Notes under the pieces: model-generated
Told to the model about the DNA's origin: nothing
The model's input: only the letters and a program-made list of their open reading frames with translations
Database searches by the model: none
Shown: positions 15,238-23,793 of the stretch, piece by piece
Position numbering within the stretch: position 1 is the stretch's first letter
Layout of the letters: every line of letters starts with the position of its first letter
Program-made: the position numbers and the translations under genes
Origin: a virus
Taxonomy: Duplodnaviria > Caudoviricetes
Length of the DNA stretch: 30,414 nt
IMG/VR virus record: IMGVR_UViG_3300020043_001104
Span: 1 to 30,414 of that record
Reading direction: 5' to 3' (one strand)

Positions 15238-17087
15238 TACTCAACACCTCCAGTTGGGGTTTGTGTTTTGGCTTTTGCTTTTGCAGCAGCCTCCTTCTCT
15301 CGATCAGCTCGCAGCTTATCTAAGCGCTTGGCATTTCGTTCGAGGTACTTCCTTTGAGAATCTGCATCAACCGAGCTTGCTTGGCCGCCAGCTCCGGGTT
15401 TTTTTGCTCCTGCTGTAGCATCAGATCCTGAAGTAGCTGCTCTGAGTTGAGAGAGCTGGTCTGAGTATCCTGCTTGTTCAAGGATTGGGGCGAATCGTTC
15501 ATCATAGAAAAGTGTCCTAAAGTCTGGAGTAGCCGCAATTAGTTCATCAGTAATTGCATTGTCCTGGATAAGCTGAACAGCTGACCGCTTCTCACCTTTT
15601 GCGCCAGCTGTCTCATATAGGGTTTTTGCCCATGACCAAATTGTCTCTTGAACCTCGGCTGGTGTCCATGTTTCACCAGTAATTTTTGTAAGATATGTTG
15701 CAGTTTCGCGCACCCTTGCATTCATTGCAATGTAGCCTGGGCCTTTACCTGGATCTCCACCCTTCGTCAATGATCCACTAAACAAGTTCTGGTCAACATA
15801 AGTAAATGCCGCCATCCATGCATCATTTGTCACTTCATTAACATTGCCCTGCAAGTTCAGCATAAAACTATTTACTTTGGGGCCAGATAGCACAACTGTT
15901 GATGGGTCTTCTGCAGATAGAGCTCGCACGCTATTATTGATCCAAGCATCAAGCACAGACTCTTCGCCCTTGCTGCCTTGCACGCTTTGCCCCATTACTC
16001 GCACAATTGATTCACGATCAGTTGGTCTACCTGCTGCAGTCCAGTTTTTCCAAACTTGTAGCGCGTTAAATAGATTTGATTCAACGCTAGTTTGTGGGCT
16101 GGTAGCAGAGAGCAATGCCGCAAAGCGAGAGGAGTCAGGGCCAAACACTTGCACGATTGCCTGGGTGCTTCCCTCGTACCATCCCTTCTTTGCTTTGCCT
16201 GCAATAGAAGCAGCGCCAAACTCTTCTTTGCTTGGTAACTGCTTTAAGATATTTACAAATTTAGATGCAGTATCAGATCTGAATTTTGCTTGCTCTTCTG
16301 GAGTTAAATTTTTAAGAGCTTTTTGTAAAGTTGCCGCTTGATTTGCTGGGATCTTTACCTCACGCTCACCAACCTTTACAGGTATTACAACTTGAGCAGG
16401 GCCTTCTGGAGTGATGTCCATAATCATCCCAGCTTTACGCAATCCCATTTCAATTACATCTGCAGTTGCTGGTGCCAATGCTGTACCTACTGCTTTTGCG
16501 CCTTTTGCCGCAGCCACACTGGCCGCTATACCACCTTCTAATATAGTAGGAAGCGGAGCTATTTTTCCAAACGCACCGCCAACGCCAGCACTAATTTCTC
16601 TATCTTTTTGATCTTGGACACCAGGAGGAATTGCTGGTGGTAACTTTACTTGCGTATCAGTAAAGGGGACTCTAAATCCCTCTTTGCTAATTTGCTCACT
16701 AGTAGCCATTTTTGTTTTTTGTTCTAAGCCCTCAAGAAATCTATCTAACAAAGGCTTATCATTAGGGCCACTAAAAACATTAACCGCAGCATTTTTGATT
16801 GATTCAATATCACCCAATATACCCAAACCAGTTGCCGTTGCCTCTCTAGCAAAACCAGCACCAGTATCAGCCAAAGCAGTTAAAGGTTTTTCTAATCCAC
16901 CAGCCGCTTGTGATTGTGCTTTAGTCACACCACCACGGCCAAAGCGTGGGACGGCATCAGTGCGCGTATCACTTGGGCCTGCTGCAAGTTGCACGCCTTC
17001 CAGGCTGAACTCATCTTCTATTGCTGTAGGAAATTCTAGCTCCACCAAAGCATTTAGATATTTATTTTCTATTTGACTGTATGCCAT
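15237..17087 (-). CDS. Internal virion protein carrying an HhH-GPD glycosylase-like domain
   Basis: Lies between ejection-protein genes and is translationally coupled to them; motifs GWY, FAALLSATSPQTSVESN, GPKVNSF..NL.G....VTND.WM and TPAEVQETIW. Confidence 0.65.
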   Translation of the reverse strand: MAYSQIENKYLNALVELEFPTAIEDEFSLEGVQLAAGPSDTRTDAVPRFGRGGVTKAQSQAAGGLEKPLTALADTGAGFAREATATGLGILGDIESIKNAAVNVFSGPNDKPLLDRFLEGLEQKTKMATSEQISKEGFRVPFTDTQVKLPPAIPPGVQDQKDREISAGVGGAFGKIAPLPTILEGGIAASVAAAKGAKAVGTALAPATADVIEMGLRKAGMIMDITPEGPAQVVIPVKVGEREVKIPANQAATLQKALKNLTPEEQAKFRSDTASKFVNILKQLPSKEEFGAASIAGKAKKGWYEGSTQAIVQVFGPDSSRFAALLSATSPQTSVESNLFNALQVWKNWTAAGRPTDRESIVRVMGQSVQGSKGEESVLDAWINNSVRALSAEDPSTVVLSGPKVNSFMLNLQGNVNEVTNDAWMAAFTYVDQNLFSGSLTKGGDPGKGPGYIAMNARVRETATYLTKITGETWTPAEVQETIWSWAKTLYETAGAKGEKRSAVQLIQDNAITDELIAATPDFRTLFYDERFAPILEQAGYSDQLSQLRAATSGSDATAGAKKPGAGGQASSVDADSQRKYLERNAKRLDKLRADREKEAAAKAKAKTQTPTGGVE

Positions 17088-17088
17088 G

Positions 17089-18837
17089 TCACTCTCCGGC
17101 CTGCGTTAATAAAGAGTCAGCACGTCTTAATACTTGTTTTTGTGATTCTGTTAGATTAGTTTTTGCTTGCAAAGATTTTAAATTATCCCGTGTAATCTTC
17201 CCATTGATCCAAGGCAGCTTTTCAAGTGTCTCAAGAGATTTGCGTGCAGCTTTTGCGGTTTCACTGCTGCGCTGGGTTTCAATATTTTTTCTAAGCTCAG
17301 AAAGGATTACATCTGCCGTTGGCTCAATATTTTTTTCATTAAGGTATCGCGTTTTAATTGCATCTGCTTGAATGCTTAATTCGTTATATCTTTTTAATGC
17401 GGTTCCCTCTTTGTCAAAATATGCCTGCCCCTGAATAATAGGCACGTTAGATAATCTTGCCAAACCTGTATCAAGTTTATTTTGCTCTTGTTTATCAGTT
17501 CTATTAAAAAGATCAAGAGCAGCAACAGCATGAGTTGTAGACAACCCTTGCTTAGTCATAGCCCAAATTTGGTCAGGACTGGTAATCTGATTTTTATAAA
17601 TCATATTCCGCAAATTAAAATATACTTGGCCATTACCTTCACCCTTTGGTGGATCACGCAAATCTTTAATCACAGTAAGCGGAACCACATCAGGATTATT
17701 TATTGCTATAACAGCTATGCTATCAATTAAATTTTTTCGCTCTTTGCTATTTTCTGGAAGTTTCAATACGTCGTTATACAAACTTACAAACTTTTTTTGT
17801 TCAACAGTCTTTTGTTGCTGCAATAAATCTTTAGCCTCGGAATTTCTGTAATTAATGGCAGTCATATAATTAGCCGTAATTTTTGAAACAGAATTTTGGT
17901 CAAGTGCTTTTAATAAATTGCTATGAGTACCAATATTTGCTGTTCTAATTTTTTCCAACGTCATTGTTTTGTCGTCAATTAAAGACTTAGTTATTACATT
18001 TATTTTTGATTCAAGTATAAAGCCATCAATTTTTGCAAGATGTTCTTTGTATATGTTTGCGTCGCCAAGAGTCATCGCCGCGCTAAGAGTTTCTTCGCGT
18101 ATTTGATTTAGACGATCATCAACTGTTATTGGTAAATTAGTTTGTGGGTCAACAGTGTCTCCATTTTTAATTACTTGATCAATTCGTTTTTTGTCATCTT
18201 CAATACTTCCATAAAATTTTATTTCATTTAACTCTTTATTTTTTTTAAGTTGGAATTCATACGCCGCACTTAAAACTGTATTGCCATGTGCAGCCATAGA
18301 TGCTTGGAGCTTTATTGCAGCCGTTGGGTCTACAGCTGACAACGCTTTTGAAAGACCTTTAGTTACAGAAGTAATTTCTGTTTTAATTGATTCCGGTGTT
18401 ACACCAGGACGATTGTTTTCAAGATTGTTTAACAATCTAGAAAGAACTGTTTTTCCTTCAATTAAAAAATGATTAGTAAGTTCTGCGCTTCTTGCTTCTT
18501 GAACAGCTTGATTAAAAAAGCTAGGCAAGTCTCCTGATTCTTTACCAATCCCACCGCCAAGCGTAGGACTAATAATTCCACCAGCTGCTAAATCTATTTG
18601 CTCTCTTGTTACTGGATTTTCTGCTACATATTGCAAACCCTCTTTCATACGTTTTTTACCGCTAAATTCTAAAACAGTAGACCTCATGTCATTTAATATT
18701 TGCGCAAGCGTGTCGGACTCTCGTGACTGAACATTAGCCGCAACCATAAAATTGGTTTGCTGTTGGCTAATCTCTTTCATCGGCACATTACCGACTTGCC
18801 TAGCCTGCACCTGACCTGACATCAATCTAGTAGCCAT
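17089..18837 (-). CDS. Internal virion (ejection) protein, gp15 position
   Basis: Likely start ATG 18837 (MATRL) after AGGT; largely helical and AT-rich; assigned by position. Confidence 0.6.
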   Translation of the reverse strand: MATRLMSGQVQARQVGNVPMKEISQQQTNFMVAANVQSRESDTLAQILNDMRSTVLEFSGKKRMKEGLQYVAENPVTREQIDLAAGGIISPTLGGGIGKESGDLPSFFNQAVQEARSAELTNHFLIEGKTVLSRLLNNLENNRPGVTPESIKTEITSVTKGLSKALSAVDPTAAIKLQASMAAHGNTVLSAAYEFQLKKNKELNEIKFYGSIEDDKKRIDQVIKNGDTVDPQTNLPITVDDRLNQIREETLSAAMTLGDANIYKEHLAKIDGFILESKINVITKSLIDDKTMTLEKIRTANIGTHSNLLKALDQNSVSKITANYMTAINYRNSEAKDLLQQQKTVEQKKFVSLYNDVLKLPENSKERKNLIDSIAVIAINNPDVVPLTVIKDLRDPPKGEGNGQVYFNLRNMIYKNQITSPDQIWAMTKQGLSTTHAVAALDLFNRTDKQEQNKLDTGLARLSNVPIIQGQAYFDKEGTALKRYNELSIQADAIKTRYLNEKNIEPTADVILSELRKNIETQRSSETAKAARKSLETLEKLPWINGKITRDNLKSLQAKTNLTESQKQVLRRADSLLTQAGE

Positions 18838-18844
18838 ATTTAAC

Positions 18845-19489
18845 CTATATTGTAAAACCTGGTGTAACTGGAGAATTAGCTTTTGCGGTTTTAGGAGCGT
18901 CACCGCTGCCTACTTTGTAAGCATCAATACCACCTCTAACAAGCGTTTGCGTAGCCATTAAACCACCAGTGCTACGCGCAGCAGATGCCGCCAAATTGTA
19001 CTGACCTGTTTGCTGTTTCGCAGAAAACTGATTAACAATGTTCTGTATCTCTGTTGACTGCATCATTGCAGACGCATCTTCAAAACCCATTATGCGTGCA
19101 GTCAATGCGCTTAGATCAGTAATGCCAACATCAAACATTGTGTTTGCTATATTTTGTTGCTGGATAGCAGCAGCAGAACCTTCGCCAAATGAAATACCAG
19201 ATGCCGCAGCTCTAGCGCGAACAGAAGCATTTACTGCTCGCATGTTTTTCAATAATGTATTACCAGCAATCTGGTAATTCATAGCATCAATTTCTGCTCG
19301 CTTTAATGTGCGACCTGCTTGAATGTTTGCGTGCTGCTGAGAAAATGTAGCATTAACCTCTGACACAGCCAGCGTATTTCTTGCCTGCAGTAAGTAACCT
19401 GTCTGCTGTTGAATGGCAGCAGCTTGCTGCGCCTGGGCTTGGCCATAGGCAGCAATGAAATTCACACCGGCTAAAGTTGGATCTGCCAT
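18845..19489 (-). CDS. Internal virion protein, gp14-like
   Basis: Likely start ATG 19489; Ala/Gln-rich with RARAAASGI..GEGSA motif. Confidence 0.7.
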   Translation of the reverse strand: MADPTLAGVNFIAAYGQAQAQQAAAIQQQTGYLLQARNTLAVSEVNATFSQQHANIQAGRTLKRAEIDAMNYQIAGNTLLKNMRAVNASVRARAAASGISFGEGSAAAIQQQNIANTMFDVGITDLSALTARIMGFEDASAMMQSTEIQNIVNQFSAKQQTGQYNLAASAARSTGGLMATQTLVRGGIDAYKVGSGDAPKTAKANSPVTPGFTI

Positions 19490-19490
19490 A

Positions 19491-21707
19491 TTATGTTCCT
19501 GAATAAACGGCGACTCTGTAATCGAGTCCAAGCAAATTCATTTTTAATGGTAGGTTTTGTGCCACCTCAATTGCTTGCTCGTTACGATAACCAAGCACTC
19601 CATTAACGCGTTTAATCCCTGTAAACGTAGGCACCGCCAGATCAAGCAAAGGATTGTCAAGCGTCCTAGTAATAACTGGTTGATCATTCATTAGCATGTG
19701 CTGTGTATCTTTAAGTACAGCGCTAATTTCAACAATCCTTTTTTTAAACGACACCCTACTACCTGTCTGTAATTTAATCTCAACCGGCATGGTTTTGACG
19801 TACACAGTAATCGGCAAGCCAACTTCATAGCTAGTTGTTGATTCACGATCAAACGTCACAGCGCCACCAGCGCTAACTGTTTCATTTGATTGCGGCACGC
19901 CATCAGTAATCACATTAAGAGATTTGCCAATGTGCGGCAAGCCGCTGCCAACGCCACCAGCTGATGCGCCCACAAATGCACAATCTGTATACAGGTCGTC
20001 TTTAAACTGCTCAATAAAGTACCTTGTTGTTCCATTAAATACGCGTTTAGTAACTGCATAAATTTGTGTCACATCTACGCCAACATCAATAAACTCACCA
20101 TCTGTTGTGAACTCACTTGGTGATGTAATTTGCTGGCTACGCATAATTGAAAATACAGCCATGCTGCCATCGCTAGTGTTTGTCATCAGCAAAAGATCTG
20201 ATTCATCTGTGCTTGATGATTTACGCAATGCAATGCGCTGTGGGCTTTTAAGTAAATGCCCAGCCAGCAAAGATATACGCTGCGTAATATAGGTGAGCTG
20301 CGTATCAGAGAAGACAAACTCATTAAGAGATTTGCCCTGGCGCTGGATATAAACCGAACCAGACTCAACGGACTGCACTCGCGTGCCAGGCTTAGACCCA
20401 TTTCTACTTACATTTTTAAATGTAAACGTCAGTGGTGTTATCGGGTCAGTGCCTTGCTGCGGTACATAAAATTCACCGCCAGTAGTAAACACCTGGAAGT
20501 CACGCGAACTAACAATATCAATAATGACGTTTAGATCGTTAGTATCTAGCGTAGCTTCCACCGCATCGTCGTCCAGCGACTCGCTTGGCACGAAGTCAAA
20601 GAACAAACCGATCTTGCTGCCCCAGATTGTGGACGGGCGAGACTTGGAGCCACCGAAGTACAGGCGGCCCTCATGGAATGTCACAGTGCGTGGCCAGCCC
20701 TTGGCGCTGCTCCAGACGTCCTCGTAGCCATGTTCAACTTCCCATTTGCCTGGGTCAATGTCGCTGGTCGAGAAGAATGGGTACTCGGTAACAGCTCTCA
20801 CTTTTGTGTCGCTCAATACCTCGACAATGCGAGCGCGACCTTGCGGTTGAGCATTGATGTACTGATTGACAGCAGCAGCCTTAAAAGAAGTGATGTCGTA
20901 CTGGCTGGTGTTGTCTGGCGCAGTAGTCCAAGCTGGATGAACATCAAGAACCTTTGTTGTGCCGTTGTAGTCCTCGCACAATCGCGTCTGTCCAACACCT
21001 GTTCCAGATGTGATCTCAATGAACATGCCGACATAAATGTCGTTTGTTGCGCTAGAAGCCGACTTCAATGTGATGGTGTTTGCGCTGCCTGCCTGCGCCG
21101 TTCCACTTGTGTTGTGTGTGTTTGTTGCGGTTAGTTCTACGTTTCCAGACACAGCACTTACAGACAATTTGCTGCCAGCATGAATATGTGAGTCCAGCTC
21201 AAACGCATACTTAGGGATGCTGTCAAATGCAATCGTGGTGGCCGTCCAGGCTGTATCGCTGGTGCGTGTTATGCGCACCGGCTGAATATCAGGATGCACG
21301 ACGATCAGCGTGTCGGCGCTTTGCGTCCAGCACATATCGTCAACAATAGTGCTACCTATAGTGGTTGTTAAATATGGATTACCACTGCCGTTAATATTTG
21401 TTTGTACTACGCCATTCTTAACCACATACATTCGGTTGTGCGTAAACACAAGCATATAGGAATCATCCACAGAGAATTGGAATGAAACCATGCGCACGCC
21501 ATTACCTGTGGATTCCGTGCTTGTATTTGGTAATTCATAAATATGCTTCAAGCCAGGGCGACGACGTAACCCACCTTGCGGCTGGATCAATACATTCGTA
21601 GCTTTAGACAAAGCGTTAGCGTATGCCTGCAGATCCACGCGAGCACGCAACAGCGGATCTAATTCGCCAGTGCTAAAGTTTGTGGTGAAGTCTACAAAGC
21701 GCGGCAT
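19491..21707 (-). CDS. Tail tubular protein B (nozzle, T7 gp12-like)
   Basis: TNFSTGELDP.L..R.D...Y, N.LIQPQGGLRRRPG, WTQSADTL, GWP..VTFHEGRL.FGG. Confidence 0.88.
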   Translation of the reverse strand: MPRFVDFTTNFSTGELDPLLRARVDLQAYANALSKATNVLIQPQGGLRRRPGLKHIYELPNTSTESTGNGVRMVSFQFSVDDSYMLVFTHNRMYVVKNGVVQTNINGSGNPYLTTTIGSTIVDDMCWTQSADTLIVVHPDIQPVRITRTSDTAWTATTIAFDSIPKYAFELDSHIHAGSKLSVSAVSGNVELTATNTHNTSGTAQAGSANTITLKSASSATNDIYVGMFIEITSGTGVGQTRLCEDYNGTTKVLDVHPAWTTAPDNTSQYDITSFKAAAVNQYINAQPQGRARIVEVLSDTKVRAVTEYPFFSTSDIDPGKWEVEHGYEDVWSSAKGWPRTVTFHEGRLYFGGSKSRPSTIWGSKIGLFFDFVPSESLDDDAVEATLDTNDLNVIIDIVSSRDFQVFTTGGEFYVPQQGTDPITPLTFTFKNVSRNGSKPGTRVQSVESGSVYIQRQGKSLNEFVFSDTQLTYITQRISLLAGHLLKSPQRIALRKSSSTDESDLLLMTNTSDGSMAVFSIMRSQQITSPSEFTTDGEFIDVGVDVTQIYAVTKRVFNGTTRYFIEQFKDDLYTDCAFVGASAGGVGSGLPHIGKSLNVITDGVPQSNETVSAGGAVTFDRESTTSYEVGLPITVYVKTMPVEIKLQTGSRVSFKKRIVEISAVLKDTQHMLMNDQPVITRTLDNPLLDLAVPTFTGIKRVNGVLGYRNEQAIEVAQNLPLKMNLLGLDYRVAVYSGT

Positions 21708-22321
21708 CAGTTCCTCACTGCTATTAGTGTGTAGTCTTCAATCGCTCTTGTCGGTTGACCCTGCGCATCAATCTGCGTAGCTGTACGGAAAAATCCACCT
21801 CGGCCATTTTCGGATGGATCACCCACAGCTTTACGCTCCCAGCGCAATGATTTGTCTTGTTGCTCAGTAATAGGCTCGGCCAAGTGCCAAGCCATCATGT
21901 ACTTCATTAGCTGCACAAAGTATTGTGGCCAGGCAAACTCACCAGCCGAGTATTGATAGTCTATAAAAACAGATTCTAGGTTTGCCAGTAATTGATCGCC
22001 TTGTATTTCCCAATCCTTTTGCACTGATGCGCCTGGGTTGGCGCTTTCGTACACAGCGCGTGGACTGGCTAACCGATCACCAGGTAACTGGTAGGCATAT
22101 TTCCAAACAGAGTTTGGAGTTGTCAGCAATCTTGCCAGCTGTATTTTTTTGGTATTAAACGACCAAGGATACATCACCAATGTCGAGTCACGCGTGTCAG
22201 GATATAAACGATCACACGAATTTGATTCATCTGTTCCATCATTGAAAGATGAAATAGGCTCTGCTCCAAGCAATATTAGAGCGTCAGCGCAAATTGAAAC
22301 ACCAGTATCACCTGCAGCCAT
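21707..22321 (-). CDS. Tail tubular protein A (adaptor, T7 gp11-like)
   Basis: SICADAL..LGA.PI.SF, YPWSF, W.YAYQLP.D and LA..ITE motifs. Confidence 0.85.
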   Translation of the reverse strand: MAAGDTGVSICADALILLGAEPISSFNDGTDESNSCDRLYPDTRDSTLVMYPWSFNTKKIQLARLLTTPNSVWKYAYQLPGDRLASPRAVYESANPGASVQKDWEIQGDQLLANLESVFIDYQYSAGEFAWPQYFVQLMKYMMAWHLAEPITEQQDKSLRWERKAVGDPSENGRGGFFRTATQIDAQGQPTRAIEDYTLIAVRN

Positions 22322-22337
22322 TAGAACCCCTTAACGT

Positions 22338-22370
22338 AAGAAAGGGCCGGCCTTATAAAAGACCAGCCCT
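22338..22370 (-). terminator. Rho-independent terminator after the capsid/decoration genes
   Basis: Minus-strand AGGGCTGGTCTT-TTAT-AAGGCCGGCCCT followed by TTCTT; position analogous to T7 Tphi. Confidence 0.7.
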
Positions 22371-22391
22371 CAACACTACAGTACCGACAGG

Positions 22392-22670
22392 TTAGTCGCC
22401 GTCGGTGGCCGACAGAGTCGTGCCATCAGTCACATCCACAACGCCACTTGCATTGGATACGACATACACCAGAGTGACGACGGCTGTTGTGCCAGTCGAA
22501 GTCACGCAGTGAATAACGTCGCCAACTTCAAGCGTATTAGATAGCGAGTTGAAATAACCGCTAGTGTTAACGTCTGCAATCGCATCGGCTGTTTTATAAC
22601 CATACAACGACGGAGCGTTACCACGCTTTGATGCGGAATACGTAGCAAAACCAGCTGTATCAAAAGCCAT
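22392..22670 (-). CDS. Small virion protein, probable capsid decoration
   Basis: Start ATG 22670 (MAFDTAG) after GGGAGGG; beta-rich, directly after the MCP and before the terminator. Confidence 0.6.
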   Translation of the reverse strand: MAFDTAGFATYSASKRGNAPSLYGYKTADAIADVNTSGYFNSLSNTLEVGDVIHCVTSTGTTAVVTLVYVVSNASGVVDVTDGTTLSATDGD

Positions 22671-22683
22671 GATCAGCCCTCCC

Positions 22684-23538
22684 TTATGCCGCAGCCGCAG
22701 TATCGCGGGCTGTGATTTTAACGATACCTTCACTGTCAATCGCAACAGAGCCTGCTGAGAACAGTGCATTTACTAGCCAGCTGGTCTTCTCAGGAATGTA
22801 GTTGATCTCAGTTTTAGGCGCTATGCCTTCAGCGTAACCAATCGCCTGCGAGTGGAAAGCGTACAGCGTACGATCTGACGAACCATCAATAGGCAAACCA
22901 CCTTCTGTGCGGTCGCCCAGGATGTGGAATTGGAAGCCCATAAATGTCGAGATCTCGCCCTGCACTAAAGCCTTCACAGAGTTAAAGTCAGACGACGTTA
23001 CCGAAGTCTGCTCAAGCATTGAGGCCAACGAATTTGCATGGATGATGATGTGACGACCATCCGAAGGCACGTTCTTAGCATTCAATATTTTTGCAGCTTC
23101 ACGCAGTTTGGAAATATTCATATTGGTATTAGAGCCACCAATTGAATTAGCCACAGTGCCTGTGCTAGTTGCAGCAGATAAAGCATCCAAGATCAATTGA
23201 TCTTGACGACGGCCAATAGCTGCACCGACAACCTGGGAGAGCTCTGAGCGCTCGTCAAAGTTAACTTTAGCTTGCGAAAATATATCCGAATATTCAGCTG
23301 CGTTCCAATCTTGCAGTGTGCAAGTTACATTGGAGAAGCCAACATTCATTGGAGTTACATCAGTTTGGGTCACGCGTGCAGTAGCAACGCCTTTGCCAAC
23401 TTTAGGAAATTTTACAGATGAGCCTTCTACACCACGACGCTGACGCACAGCACCCACCAGCATTGCTTTGCCCTGGTAAGCCTGTTTGACCTCTGCGTCG
23501 AAGAGTGTAACGAAAGCATTAGATAGACTAATAGCCAT
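22684..23538 (-). CDS. Major capsid protein
   Basis: FVTLFDAEVKQAYQ, GS.VKFPKVG, AIGRRQDQLILDAL and YIPEKTSWLV; follows the scaffold; GAGGT RBS. Confidence 0.9.
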   Translation of the reverse strand: MAISLSNAFVTLFDAEVKQAYQGKAMLVGAVRQRRGVEGSSVKFPKVGKGVATARVTQTDVTPMNVGFSNVTCTLQDWNAAEYSDIFSQAKVNFDERSELSQVVGAAIGRRQDQLILDALSAATSTGTVANSIGGSNTNMNISKLREAAKILNAKNVPSDGRHIIIHANSLASMLEQTSVTSSDFNSVKALVQGEISTFMGFQFHILGDRTEGGLPIDGSSDRTLYAFHSQAIGYAEGIAPKTEINYIPEKTSWLVNALFSAGSVAIDSEGIVKITARDTAAAA

Positions 23539-23563
23539 TATTTACCTCGTTCGGTTAAGTGAT

Positions 23564-23674
23564 CATGGGTTTTCGCGTCGGTGAGCCGTGCAGTACGGGC
23601 CTGTGCTTGCTGTTTACGTCAGCCATTCGGTGGTATCTCGCCACAGGTTTGGGCCGTGTTACCGGTATGCCATG
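23564..23674 (-). ncRNA. Candidate structured RNA leader of the capsid mRNA
   Basis: Four short hairpins plus long-range CATGG/CCATG and CCTGTG/CACAGG pairings in a non-coding 5' leader. Confidence 0.45.
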
Positions 23675-23680
23675 CCGGCA

Positions 23681-23712
23681 ATTCTATTATCCATTTAACA
23701 TTTTGCAATACA
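23681..23712 (-). promoter_or_regulatory. Putative late promoter for the capsid gene
   Basis: TGTA-TTGCAA-N16-TAGAAT, just downstream of a terminator. Confidence 0.6.
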
Positions 23713-23724
23713 TGCGATTGATAT

Positions 23725-23752
23725 AAAAAAACCCCGGCACATAGACCGGGGC
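23725..23752 (-). terminator. Rho-independent terminator after the scaffold gene
   Basis: Minus-strand GCCCCGG-TCTATGTG-CCGGGGT followed by a T run. Confidence 0.8.
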
Positions 23753-23793
23753 TAAAAGCTGTGGCGACCACCAAGAAGACACAGCTGCGAGAT

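Noticed and set aside
22392-22769. T7 10B-like frameshift fusing the MCP to the downstream protein
   Set aside because: The overlapping open frame is short, no slippery sequence is evident, and the downstream gene has its own GGGAGGG RBS and ATG at 22670.
23564-23674. tRNA gene
   Set aside because: Multi-stem, but it lacks the T-loop TTCRA, D-loop and acceptor-stem geometry.
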